Assembly (NCBI GenBank): GCA_038087875.1
Contig: CM075988.1
Location: 17,114,001 to 17,178,000, forward strand
Source of the DNA: Malacoraja senta
Lineage: Eukaryota
Reading direction: 5' to 3'
Length of the DNA: 64,000 bases
This document shows, in pieces, positions 39,742 through 52,569 of this stretch (position 1 is the first letter of the stretch; the number at the start of each line of letters is the position of its first letter). The notes beneath the pieces are model-generated. The model saw nothing but the letters and a program-made list of their open reading frames with translations. It was not told where the DNA came from and ran no database searches. Both the position numbers and the translations under genes were made by a program.

Positions 39742-40267
39742 ATGAGGGTCTCCGTGGCATTAATATGTGTGGCGACCACAGCAGGGTTAATCGTTTCGGT
39801 TGGAAATGGACAAAGCCTGAATACGGACGGAACAAACGAGGAAAGAGAGGGGAACGAGAAAACTCCAATTTATTCATCCAGGCACACAACGAGCTATTCG
39901 GGAAGGGGCAGGTGGTTTGTTATCCACGAATGACATCAGTTACCTCCCTGTTTACCCCATCCCCTGCATGGGGCAGAACTGAACGACTGGTGAAGTGCCA
40001 GGACAAAGAAACGGTCTCTGTCAAGCCCGATTAATGGTGGCCTTATTGGGTTTGGGGACCACCCCCGAGGAAACTAAACATTCTGTACGAATGATGATCT
40101 TAAAGCGTGAGCAGGAGAGACTGTTACCGTTCCCCAACGACAGCGAAAACAATGAAGTGAGTGAGGAAGCAGAATTGGGGGACAAAGGTCGGACGGTCCA
40201 AGAAGCCTTGGCCAGGGAACTAGAAGGTTACGAGATTCGGCGAATGGGACTTTTAAATGGACTATGA
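39742..40267 (+). pseudogene. env: ERV env remnant (signal peptide/SU start fused to presumed cytoplasmic tail)
   Basis: Strong splice acceptor (pyrimidine tract ...gttcgcag at 39721) precedes hydrophobic MRVSVALICVATTAGLIV. Lies between integrase and the PPT. Most of SU/TM is missing. Confidence 0.65.
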
Positions 40268-40298
40268 GTGTTGCCATAAGAATGGCAAAAGGAGGGAA

Positions 40299-40812
40299 TG
40301 TGAATGGAAATCCTGTATCAACGCTGTAAGATTGTTCTGTAAAGGTAAAATGGTTGGCCAGGTAGACTGGATTAAAACATAAAATGGCTGCTGACCAGGC
40401 TTGCTGGAACTGAGGCTGCAGGTTTCAGGAAGGGAATACACAATGTCTTGCAGTTACTGCATAGACATGAATAGGGGATCACCCTCCCCGTCTGACAAGA
40501 TTGAGGAATATACAATCCCCCTCGCCGGGAAGACTAAGGAATGTCTGAGCTCTAGTGTGGTTCCTCTAACTAACATCTCCTTATATGTACATACCTGTTG
40601 TCCTGTATTTTGCGTACGTGTCGGTTCTTTGATTGGGGAATGTGGGAGGTGCTAAGCAGTGGCATTAAAATTAAGGGCAGAGAGCTTGCTCTTTGCTAGG
40701 TTGTTAACCTGTGTGAAGACTCAGTGCTGAATAAACGTACGTTTAAAGCAACCCTGGTGTCCGGTCGATTATTGTCGAAACAACCGATGTGAGAGAAAAA
40801 CGTGAATCAACA
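40299..40812 (+). repeat. ERV 3' LTR (514 bp), preceded by PPT aaaaggagggaa (40287-40298)
   Basis: Direct repeat of the 5' LTR with about 7 substitutions and 4 indels by manual alignment. Confidence 0.95.
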
Positions 40813-41503
40813 GTTGAAGTGCTGAGCCACCGGGATATATGTTATAACTAGCATACTCCTGGAAGACAAATGTATTATTATTACCAAGGATGGGTCTGCT
40901 AACCTGGCTTCACAGCAGAAGGAAGATTCACCGAATCAAATTAGATTGTGAACACAGATTTGCAGATTACTGGCACTCAAAATCTAGGGTAAATCCTTAG
41001 TCAAATTACTAGGTTTAGTTCAAAAACCGCATTCAAATCCTATTGCCTAATTCCACTTAAAAAAAACAAAAAAACTGTTAAGTGAAGGTAGAGTCCCAAC
41101 ATCACTAAGGACAAAAAAGTAAAAGTGTGAGCAAATTAAGACATGATTACCTAATACTAATTTATTGGGCTGGGAAGAATGTGCTCATTTGTGACTGCTT
41201 TCAGAACAAACTTGAAATCAATACACAGAATGATGCTTTATCACTGGAAAACAGACTATTTCATCAAATGCCGTGCAACGTTACATGGTCTTGTCTCAAA
41301 AATGGCACAACTATCACCTAACCCGAGGCAACTGCACTTGTAAGTGCTTGTCACCCACATAACTATAAGGCTGATGCTATCAATGCTCACTGCATAACTA
41401 CTTCCATGAACTGCACACTTCTCTGCTGCCTAATATACAGGAAAGCCTGATTTTATAGTTCAACGACTCTCGACTATCTTTAGGCACGAACCGTCTTACT
41501 TAC

Positions 41504-43318
41504 CGTCTCTGCTGGCTCTCCATTACTCTCTTTGTGTCGCTCCTCAGTTCCAAGACTCCAGTTAGAAGTGTTACATGCTTCTTGATCAGCATTCCTATTA
41601 GGCTTTTCTGGTTCTGCCAATGCTGGGACAATCTGGCCAGGCTGGTGGTAAAATTGGGGGTTCTGCAAGGCTAATTCTTCAGACCCCGAACATTCAACTG
41701 CTTCCTGCAGCTCTTCCATTGATCCTGCTACTCCATGATCTATTCTAATAATTTCTTCTTCACAGTGTGAAGTAGGTGAAAGAATGGGTTGATTCTCATC
41801 ATTGTAAACAAATGAATCAAAGCCATCAGCTATACCTTCATTTTGTTTTGTGTATACATTAGGAGTTTGTCCTCTTATCATGTGCTCTGCATTTTTAGAA
41901 AAGTCTTTATTTTCACGATTTGCTTTAACTTTTTGAAGTATTTCCTGGTAAAATCTCTGTTCCTCTGAATAGGATGACTCCCCACATTTCTTGCGAGATG
42001 GAATTTTACGCCAGTTATCATATGCAATAGCAAGATTTTGTTTCAGTGACGAATATGAAGAGGGCAATGAGTCTATTTCTTTATCTGAATGGTTCAAGGT
42101 CTGATCAATACAAGGGTTAAAAGCATCTATGTTGTTCAACAAGATATTTTTCTCTGACTTAAAATCTTCAGTCTGTTCAGCGATGTCATTTACACCTTGT
42201 TTGTCTCTCTTTGGCTCATTATTTTTCAAACAATTTTCAGCATTAATCTGGTTCGGAGAGTTTACCTGCCCTTTCTCAGTAATTATTTTGCAAATGATTT
42301 CACAAATATTTGCTTCAGGAATTTTAAGATTGCCCACTATTCTCTTAATGTTGTCTCCTGTATCACAAGAAGTTCCTGCAGTTAAGACTTCACTTAAGAG
42401 GCTAAATGGCTTAAGGGTGGCATTTACTGATCCTACATTTGCAAATAATTCTGTGCTTTGTCCATTTTCTATTGCTTTAGTGTCGGGCATGCAGGGGTCA
42501 CATATTACCATATTAAGTTTGCATTGATTAGCTTGTACCTTTGTCGACATTTTCTGCTCCTCAACATCAAAAGTTGACATTATTTGATTATCAGCACTAA
42601 AGCAAAAGTAATTTTCCGTGTCACAAACTGGCAATACTACAAACCCTTCACTGCACTCTGGCAAGTGTTCAGTTTGCGTGTTTTCTTCTATATTACTTTG
42701 TGGCATCTCATCAATTGACTGATTATTCTGAACTGAATTACCTTCCTGCAGATTTTCAATTGAACATTTCTTATTTTCTATGTCACTGAATACAATTACC
42801 TGCTCCTCAAGTGCAAATGAATTTTTATTGTTGTGAGACAGTCGAGGTTCGGCAGCTTTATATTCTACTATAGGCTTCTTTGGTATGTTAGCTGGTTCTT
42901 TATTTGTTAAATGTCCCAAGATTACTCCATCCATATTGGATTCAAAGGAACTGAAGAATCTACCTGCCTCAGCGGCCATTCTGGCTTCTTCTGGTCTGTA
43001 CAGATCACGAGCTAGAAGTTTATGACCAAAAGGGAGAGCTCTTCCTAGAATTTTCTCAACATCTGAAAATATTTTTCGATGACAGCTTTCCCTTTTTAGA
43101 GGTTGTAGATTACTCAGGAAATTACCGGCTATACATTTATTGAATTGCACTGGCTTCAAAGATGGCTGCGAGGCACTAGCCTCTATTTGGTCTGTATCCT
43201 CAGGCTGGGTATTGTGCAAATACTCAACACTTGTAAAATGATGGAGTGGATCATGAGAGGAGCAAGCTACGCTAAAGTAAGACGGAGAAGGAAGTATTCC
43301 TGCTTCTAACGGGCTTCC
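41504..43318 (-). CDS. CEP164: Large phase 0-0 cassette exon of CEP164 (605 codons, acidic, probably disordered)
   Basis: The 579-aa ORF extends upstream without a stop to acceptor tcctttgtttag|GGA (AG at 43319-43320) and ends at donor ACG|gtaagt. Length 1815 nt is a multiple of 3. Same strand as, and between, phase-0 CEP164 exons. No TE domain recognised. Confidence 0.8.
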
Positions 43319-44730
43319 CTAAACAAAGGATAAAAAAAAGGCTTAAAACAAAGTGAAGTTTACCTAGGATTTATATTAAATATTTTGTGTCCCACATGGG
43401 AATAACACTACATCTTCCACGCTATTATTCTTGAGAATACTAATAAAGATTATTTGCAGCACTATGTGTCCTCCCACACTGTAAGTGGACCTACACAAAC
43501 CATGCTTGCGTGTGCAACCCTAAAGAATATGAAAATCATTTGAAATAATAGGATACTGTACAATAATGTTCCAGGTTACGAAGTGGAGAAAACCTGGACA
43601 CATTACTAATGCATGTTACTGAGTTTACTTATCCCATGTGTATTGTATTTTAAAAGTAGATGATTCAAGCATAAAAACCTAACAGATGTGCAAGGAAATG
43701 CAAACTATCATTACTATTAAACACCATTGATGTCATTCCCTTCCTACGAAAAGATTATTTTTCCTTTCACTGTTTCTCACCATTCATAAAACGCATTTTC
43801 ATATTTCCGATCTGAATACAAAAATATACTTTTTTAACGAGCTTGTTTTCAAGCTCTTACAGTTCAACACGTTTTAAATATTTTAAAACCACATTTTAAC
43901 ACTTCCAATAATGTACAAATGTGAAAAAGCCCCACACAACATTTTTCTCATACTTTATGACATAATTTATCCCAAATGGTATGATACTATTTACACCAAA
44001 TTTTGTAAGATTTCTTCAATGGAAATACAAACATTAGTGTGTCCTTACCTTCTGGAAATTAATGGTTAAGTTCATCTTGATTAAATATTCACTATGGAAA
44101 TTACTGGAGTGCTAGTGGTAGCTGAAATAGTTGCAGTAAATGCTGAAGAGGATGTTAAAGCAATGATGCAAAATAACTACATGTAGATTTCAATTACATA
44201 AAACTTTAGTGCATCAAAAGAGCCTTAAGAAAGAATGTGACTGATCGCTCGTCCCACTTATACAATGAAGAGCTGAACCATAGCAACAAGGCGCACGTAC
44301 AGATACAGAAAAGATGCAAAAGAGTAACAGTAGAATCTGCCCAAATGGTTGCAATGGTATTTACCCACCACAAATGTAATCATGGCCGTGCCAAATTACT
44401 TCTGTCATTGCCAAGTTACAATGCCTAGAGGTAGGAAAGACAGGGCAGCACAAATTGCTGGGTTCCCATTCCAAAATTATAATTCTATGAGTTTGTAAGT
44501 GCGAATAGCGGATGTATCTGGCAAATAACTAGCTCTTATTTATTCTGAAAGCTCATGTATGTGCATTTGCTCAAGATGGTAGCCAGAAAAACAAACCAAA
44601 TGCAACAGGAATCAATGCCCTCAGGAGAAGAAAAATAAGCTTAAAAAGGTAAGAAAGATAGGATTTCTATATTACTACATTCTGCTCTACGTAGAAAAAC
44701 TTACTGTATTAATATTAAGTGGATTATTAC

Positions 44731-44929
44731 CATATTAAGTGGATCTTTTTCTTTCTTCTCCTTCTTCTCTTTCTTCTTTTTCTTTTCTTTCTTTTTGCTT
44801 CCACCTGGAGTGTGCAGTTTGTCACGTTCCATAGAAACCAGGTTTCGGTATTGCTCATCACATGGATGGTCCCAGGTTGACTGGCCCGATACAAAATTAA
44901 AGTAATAGACATCACCTGTGACGTCTTGG
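44731..44929 (-). CDS. CEP164: CEP164 coding exon 3: WW domain and Lys-rich tract ([28 protein letters not shown]...[22 protein letters not shown])
   Basis: ORF 44701-44952 carries the WW motif YYFN...S.WDHP. Acceptor tag at 44930-44931, donor ATG|gtaata. 199 nt; cumulative CDS 393 nt, phase 0. Confidence 0.96.
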
Positions 44930-45439
44930 CTACCTCGAGAAAAGTAAAGCATTCATTTAAAATTATAATTTTCAAACGATATTCAAAAAGCCATTATAAA
45001 TCTTGCTTATGCTCCTACATATATTATGCTAAACATCCTTGATAAAAAGAAATCTGAAAGCAAAATACTGAATGCTGGATGCAGAGTTAATATTTCAGGT
45101 TGATGATCATTTATCAGTGCTGATGAAAGGTAATTTCTTTGAAAAATTAACTCTGTTCCTGTCTTCACAGATCTTGCGTGACCGGTTTAGTATTTAGAAT
45201 TTTCTGTTTAGTAATTGTAAAGAGCAAGCGGGATAAGATGTTTTTATGAGATTAAATAAAATTAAACTGCGAAAATAGTGACACACATCTCAAAGGATAC
45301 TCCAGTCAAGTGATCTAACAATTCAAAATCAAAATTGATTATTCTGAGAAATAGTACTGAATAATATAAATAAGATGGGAAGATTCTAACAAAGAAAACA
45401 GATTGGGAGCTTCAGATTAACATTTTGAAAGTGGAGGAA

Positions 45440-45865
45440 GGTTTACACTGAAGATAGACACAAAATGATGGAGTAACTCAACGGGACAGGCAGCATCTCT
45501 GGAGAGAAGGTATTTGGTTCGAGACCCTTCTTCAGACTGAGACTCGCGATCAGTTCGCTTTGCTCAGTCTGCCTCGGCCAGTGCCAACACCTGGTTGCTA
45601 AACACTAGCTCTCCCTCGCATACTGACCTTTCTGTCCTACACTGTCAGTGTAGAGTGAGGCCAAATGCAAATTGGAAGAATAGCACGTCATATTTCGCTT
45701 GGGCAGCTTACAACCCAGCGGTATGAACAATGATTTCTTTAACTTCAAGTAACCCTTGATTTCCCTCTCTCTCCATCCCCTCCACCCGCCCCTGTTCACC
45801 GACTAGTTTCACTGTCCTCCTGATTAATTTTACTGTTTGTATGCCTCGTTGTCACCTTCCTCATA
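45440..45865. mobile_element. Penelope-derived fragments in inverted arrangement
   Basis: Terminal repeat at 45440-45540, then the element 3' coding end on + (caacccagcggtatgaacaatgatttct). Confidence 0.7.
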
Positions 45866-47757
45866 GCTGCCGTTTTCATGCTACTCTCAACCAAATGCAG
45901 TTGACCGACATTTAGATCAGCTGCACCAACAGCTCAAGTTCAAATCAAACTGTTTTAATAATGTATCTCCGAAGTAGTTCAGATGTTTTGTAATGTTAGC
46001 AAGGATTACAAACATTAATCCTTGTTATCATCATAGCATTACATCAATGGAGACAAAAATCATTTCCTCAGACTAATACAAGGAACTGGAATTTTAATGA
46101 AAGACCTGGTTAATTTGAGTTAATCCCCAAAAGTTAAAAATAAAGAACACAGTTAACGATAAATAATGGTCATTCCAACTGGTTGCAAAATTTAAATACA
46201 AACTATATCTTTCTAGAATTCAAGATCAATGGTATTCTATTGTCATGTGTAGCCAAGTACAGTGAATTTCTTGTTTTGCATATAGTCCAGTAATAATCCT
46301 GCTAAGTATAAGTGTAAGATAGTAGACCACACTGAGTCCGTACACAAGAGTCACCACATTTTAGGCGCCATATTGGACCATTCGAGTGAAAAGGGGAAAC
46401 TATACTTACAAAGTTACAAACATTTCCTCAAAGATGATTAATTCATAGATAATGGCCACCAACAAAGGACAAAATAATCATGAACATTTATCAGGTATTG
46501 TTTGAAAGCAAGGTGAATTCCACGTACAAATAAAGGTCAGAGGAAATTGGCTGAAATGTGGAATTCTTTTTTAATGCCACTTCCTCTTGGCAAGGTCTTG
46601 ATCACAACATTAGTCCAAACAGAAAAAGCTGAGAATCTAGAGTTCAGTGAGAAGCACCATGACTATAATTTTTGAAAAAGCTTAACTGGCCAAGCAGCTT
46701 GTTTCTGTTCCCTGACAAAAGATGACAGAAGAAGATATCCTTAATGACAATTCATTAAAGATTTAGTTTAATTGAAACACAACCACTTTTAAAAGTTAAT
46801 TCACGAAAGAAATTTAAATTTTAGATCAAACTTTAATGGATTGTCATTGAAGACCAATTCATCACAATATAAAGATACCATATTTTAGATCAAATTTTCC
46901 TTAAGTGGATTATGACCTTATTAAAGCTGATTTTTATGTAGGCTCTACTGAACTTTAAAATGGTTCATTTATGATTAAACAAACACTGCCTACTCTTCGC
47001 AGAATCCTATAATTAAGCAATAAATGTCGGTAGCCCCAAGTGCACAAAAGAATAAATGGCTCCTGTGCGCTACGCGGCATTTAATCATCAGGCAGCAGCT
47101 GTTTTTATTTTTTGCCAAGCGAACCCTGGACTGCCAACATTTGTTTCACATTACTTTTTGTTCGAGGTAACATGCATTGTTTTAATAAACTGGTTAAAAT
47201 ACAGACATTGAAAAAAGGTCTATGGGACTCTATTTCCTTCAAATACATGGTGCATTCACACCAAATTTAGAAACATTGTCAAACTCCCCCCATCCAAACA
47301 CTTTCACTCTTTGCTCTGTAGATCTCCCTTGATATCTTCAATGGAAGTGATCTTGCAGAACTTTGTAAATTGCATTGTTTAGTTAGGATCTGATAAAACA
47401 AATGATGCATACAAAATAGGAGAGTAGATATTTTACAATGAGACATTCTTCAAATTGTTTTTTTTCGGCACAGTGCACTGTATCCAATAATTTGTAATAG
47501 AATAGTAAAGTATAAATTGGATGAACAAAAAAGATAAAATGAAATATCAAAATAACCTTCGTTCATATGGAATAATATTTAAGTAAGCTGGTACACTCTT
47601 TGCCTTTTAGAGGCAAAAAGATAACAAAATAGTTCTTCTGAACACAATGAACACAGTTAAAGTTAAATAATGGCCCAAATGGCCACTAACATTTCATATG
47701 CATCTTTATACCTTACTGAAATCACATCCCAAACTGTGAAATCTACTGCCATCTTAC

Positions 47758-47869
47758 CAAGGTTTCCATTCCTGGGGTAAAGGTGCCACTATGCCCTCCC
47801 TGGCTAACCACATCAACTCTGGTTCAGTTTCAGGGTCAATTCCAATCTCCCGGGCATATTCATGGATTT
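47758..47869 (-). CDS. CEP164: CEP164 coding exon 2 ([37 protein letters not shown]), start of WW region
   Basis: ttctttttcag acceptor and TG|gtaaga donor; 112 nt; phase continues from the previous exon; [17 protein letters not shown] is a CEP164 signature. Confidence 0.96.
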
Positions 47870-50557
47870 CTGAAAAAGAAAAGTTACATATAAGAGGTTA
47901 TAATTTTTTTGTGAATTTATAGAGGTACCACAATGCACATGAATGTTGAGTATTGTGAAACTCTGATGGGACACCATGGCAATTGGATGTCTCCAAATGA
48001 CCAAAGGATAACATTCAGAGTTAATGCATTCATCTCCAACATGTCATGATATGAATCGATATTTACCGAGATTACTCGATATTATCCTTCTTTCATTATT
48101 TAGTCATCTAAAACTTTAAGACAGTTATGCTCACATTCTTTTTTTGCAAGAGGGGCAGGTTGACAATCCAAATCATTTCTGACGGTTACTCGCACAACAT
48201 GAAAACTCATGGAGTTCAATGACACAAGACTGACTTTCTGTTGTTTCACAGCACTTGCGCTGTAGCATTGTACCAGTACAGGTTTAGCAGCTCCAAGCAC
48301 TTCGCTGCAGATCAACGGCTCCGAAGGGGAAGTAACATTTATATTTTGAGTTGAATTCAATGTATTTAAATGTTTTTTGTTTATTTTGGTTGTAATTTTT
48401 TTCAATTTTAATAGTCTTTTTGAAATATATACTTCCAATATGCTATTTTAAATAGTTTTAAATGTGTTTTTTTTTAAAATATTTCTGAATAATAGATATT
48501 CAAAGATATTCAAAGCCTGGGACATGGTTTAACTAGCTGTCAAAGCATTTTTTTTGAGCAGGGTTATCAATTTTAATGCATACGGTTCCCATTTAAACTT
48601 GTTGCAATAACTCAGGCATCAGTGGTTAAAATGGGAATAGTGCGTATTAAAAATTAATAATGCAATCAGCAGTGTCAGTTATTTCTTGAACTTCCACGAT
48701 ATTGAAGTCTTCAGCTCAATTTAGAGACAATCGCTTGCTACACGAGAAAATCTCAAAGTCGGATTGAAACTAGTTTGTGTCAATTGAGAACAAAACTAAA
48801 ATTAATTGAATTAATTATTGGGTTGGCTTGAAATATTTGATTCGGGGAAAAATATACATGTTTAATACATGTGAATTAAGTAACTATGAGGTAAAATTCC
48901 TCGTAAAAGAGTGTTGGAATTCTCACCAACACTGTACTTGGGTAGAGATGGGTTCTCATTTTTCACTGACCAAACCAAACATCCAGCATTGTTAGATGTG
49001 ACCTGCAGGTTGCATGTTGTGCATCACTGCTTTATGCCCAAAATGAATTCTGGACTGAAAATAAAGTGACCATATGGAACATTCATTTTCAGATGTGGCC
49101 GGATATTGATAATCTCAGACGAGCCAATTGAAAATGAAAGCTCTACCCTGTACATTATTTCAATGAAAAACTTTGAAATATATAGCAAATGTCCCCTCCT
49201 GGATGAGACTGAATGCATCACAAATGATTCACACTGTGAACCATGGGAACGTCTGTAGTCTTCAAACAAATGCAAAGCAGCACATATTCCCTCTAGAGGC
49301 TCCAACAATCATCATCAGTCAGCATTAACCATTGCTAAGAGATCTATCTATTGACAGTTGCATTACTGATTATGCCATTCTTGTGCAGAAGAAAACTCAA
49401 AATCCATTTCTTACTACTGGAAATCACAGCTTCACAGTGGTCTATTATGCAAAACAAAAGAATATTAATCCCTCGTGTGAAAACAGAAATAGAATGGTGA
49501 AACTAAAATTCAAACTGTAACAAACTGATTAACTAATTATGGCAAAAAAAAGTTTAATTTGTTTATATTTCTTGGTTTACAAGAACTTCCTCAAAAGCCT
49601 TGTTCATAATGTCACACCCTTTCTTCCCACTGTCAGTCTGAATCAATTAAAAGCAATATAAAATACACTGCAAAAACATATGTTACAATGAGCAGAACAG
49701 AAGAGGAGGGGGGGGGGGGGGGGGAATAAGGGAACAAATATATCCCAAGAAGTTATTCTCTTGAAGAGAAAAAATATATAAAATTACATATTAAAATATG
49801 TCATAGAAAGATACAGCATGTAAATAGGTGCTTCGACACAGCATCCATACTAACCATCAAGCACTCATTTATAGCAATCCTACATGAATCACATTTTTAT
49901 TAAATTACCGTATTTTTGCCATAAGAGTGAAGATTTATTGTGCCGATTACATCACTATTTGTAAGGCAGTTAAAGTATAACCATTATTTGAACAATACTG
50001 CCCTCTACTGCACTTCACAGAGTCCCTTTGAAATGCTGGGAATACCAGTAACATAAAGTTATATCAGTTATAAATATTTGTTCACAAATTAATTACAAAA
50101 TATTTTGGCTTGCACATGTTCTGACTTAATATGGACAATTTCTTTGACAAGTAACTAGTTTGGAAAATATCTAATTTTTGTAAGGTGCTTGGGAATGTTC
50201 CAAAGCTAGGCACAGTAAACATTAGTTAAGTTTGCTTCTCTAAAAAGATAATGCAAATATTATTGGGGAAAATGAACATAAATAAGTTGAAGCATTACAC
50301 ATATTTAAGAACACTGTTAATTCTGGCCAAATTGGAGTTGCCAGGACACTAAAAATGAGTAAAGGTTTCTGTGCTGCTAGGCCATTTGGTTAATTTAAAT
50401 GTGCCTTCTGCAGAACTGGGACAAGCTGCTAAATGGTGCAAGTTTGTCTGGAGCCTAGATAAGAACTGCAGGGAAAGAATGGGACATCTGCAGATTCTTA
50501 CAATTAGGTGTAAATTGCATGAAACGAATTGGGTGAATGCAAACCAGACATACACAT

Positions 50558-51079
50558 TGTAAATAATGATGCAAAGCGTAAACTTTGCAAGATGTTGATT
50601 GGGTTAAGTGTTGAGCCTTGTCTGGGTTTCTTGAATATCTAGGCAAATGTTGCTATGTTTGCTTCCTTCCAGAAGCTCCTTTTTCGAATACAATGTATTA
50701 GTTACTGTATTATTGGATTAGGGAACTGTCTATCATGTACTGTGTTAATCGATATTTGTTATTGGACTGCAGAGACACCACCCCCATGTGGTTCAGTCCC
50801 ATGGTTCGAGGACCTATAAAAGGTAGCTCCCACAAGGTCCGATGTCGATCTTCTGGAAGAACGCTTGGGACTGCGTGACCTTTTGGAGTGTCTCTGCTTG
50901 CACGAGGCTAGGAGGGCTTGGCCAAGCAGATACAAGGATCGAACCCACAGTGGTTAGGTATAGTAGAGGGGAACTGTTACTGTGTTTTTCCAAAATAAAG
51001 TTTAGTTGCGCAAGTGCTTGACTCAGTGTTTTATTGACTGAAACTAGACTGGGGGGAAGCTTAGAACGAGCTATTTACA
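50558..51079 (+). mobile_element. Probable solo LTR of a second LTR/ERV family
   Basis: TGTAAATA...TATTTACA 8-bp terminal inverted repeat; TATAAAA near 50815; AATAAA near 50994; LTR-like size. No clean TSD at this left end. An alternative left end at 50743 has ACTG on both flanks. Confidence 0.6.
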
Positions 51080-52009
51080 ACTGCACATTTAAATTAAAGG
51101 CAACAAGGAGGCAATGCCCAAGCAGTTAATATCAGGAACTCATATTGTTTTTAAAATGCTTACACATCATTATTGGTCATGAAATATGTTCATTTCAAAC
51201 CAATTTCACATCTTCATAGCATTCTGAAGGATTTCACAGCCAATGGGTTGGTACCTGTACGGAATCTCTATTTATTTCCATTAATGTACCAAACATGGCC
51301 TTCTCTCTAAATTTTATGGAAATATTAATGTGCAGCAAGAGATGATTTAGTTTGAGAAATACAAGAACTGATACAATATCTACAAAGATAAGTTGCAAGA
51401 AGCATTGATGAAGTCATTGATGAAGCCTGATATTTTAAAAAGCCTAACTGTTAAAGAGCAGCAATACAGAAGAAGTAAAGACTCAGCTTTGGAACAGATT
51501 GGATTAGAGTTCAGCTGATTTGCTGTGGTGATTACTAAAGCTTCACTTGTATGAATGTAGCATCATAAACATGAATCAGTGCAAGTGTAGTGTGAGATTT
51601 AGAGAGAGCAGCTGGAATTCATTTCAGTGCAGAATCGGTACCATAAGATCATTAGTTATATTTATTCAGCTACAGTTCATTGGCATTATTTTTTTCAAAT
51701 AGCTCAGCCTTTTCAATTTCTCTTTTCCCTTCCACTACCATTCTTGGTTACAGGATCTGGTCCAAGACTGAATGTTCCTTTAATGATAAAGAAAATTGCT
51801 AATATCAGTTAGAGCCTCCAGCAATACCTCTATGCCTCCACCAATTATTTGTTTTTTAATTTTGAGTTAAAATTTTGCTTTCAAAGGAAAATGGAACCGA
51901 TAAAGTATGGAAAATAAAATCTGCTGAACAACTGCTTTCAGTGGACCACAGCTCTTGCCTGATTAACCATAACAACATACAACATTAAGGCAAATTTTGA
52001 CTCGAAGTA

Positions 52010-52215
52010 GAAACAGAGAACTGCAGATGCTGGTTTATACCAAAGATAAACACAAAGTGCTAGAGTAACTCAGCGGGTCAGGCAGCATCTCTGGAGAAAA
52101 AGGATGGGAGACTTTTCGGGTGAGAAGGGTCCAGACCCAAAATGTCACACATCCTTTTCCTCCAGAGATGCTGTGTGACCTGCTGAGTTACTCCAGCACT
52201 TTGTGTCTATCTTTG
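52010..52215. mobile_element. Palindromic Penelope-terminal-repeat-derived element
   Basis: gaactgcagatgctgg...cacaaagtgctagagtaactcagcgggtcaggcagcatctctggag followed by its inverted copy. Confidence 0.75.
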
Positions 52216-52569
52216 TCTCAAAATAAAATACTATTTGAAGGCCATAACTTATTAGTGGCTGCTCCAGTGATCATTTAATTGCAAACGTTGATCTGCAAGG
52301 CAAAATGTCATTTACTTAATTTAGTTCCCGACTGCACCACTGGGAGTAGAACAATAAATTCTGAATTATCTGCTGCATGCCTAGCTGCCATTAGTTCCAT
52401 TTTGAATAACCATTTAATAGAAAAAGACACATCAGGTGTTTGACAGGCGTTTTTTGTAATTACAGAAGGTGAGGGAGGGTGGTTTGTCCTGGCCAACAAT
52501 CTTCCTTCAGCCATAAGAACAGACACTCTCAGATGTTGTATTTATTCAAAGACCAATATTAGTACAAAT

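Larger units (their letters stand above)
35204..40812 (+). mobile_element. Endogenous retrovirus (class I, gamma/epsilon-like), internally deleted, 5.6 kb
   Basis: Two LTRs TGTGAA...TCAACA; 4-bp TSD GTTG (35200-35203, 40813-40816); PBS; polypurine tract; gag, RT, RNase H, integrase and env remnants in retroviral order. Confidence 0.95.

Noticed and set aside
42129..42527. 132-aa plus-strand ORF
   Set aside because: Antisense shadow of the large CEP164 exon.
48050..48800. Stretch with scattered CpGs that may be an old DNA-transposon remnant
   Set aside because: No TIRs, TSD or protein motif could be identified by eye.
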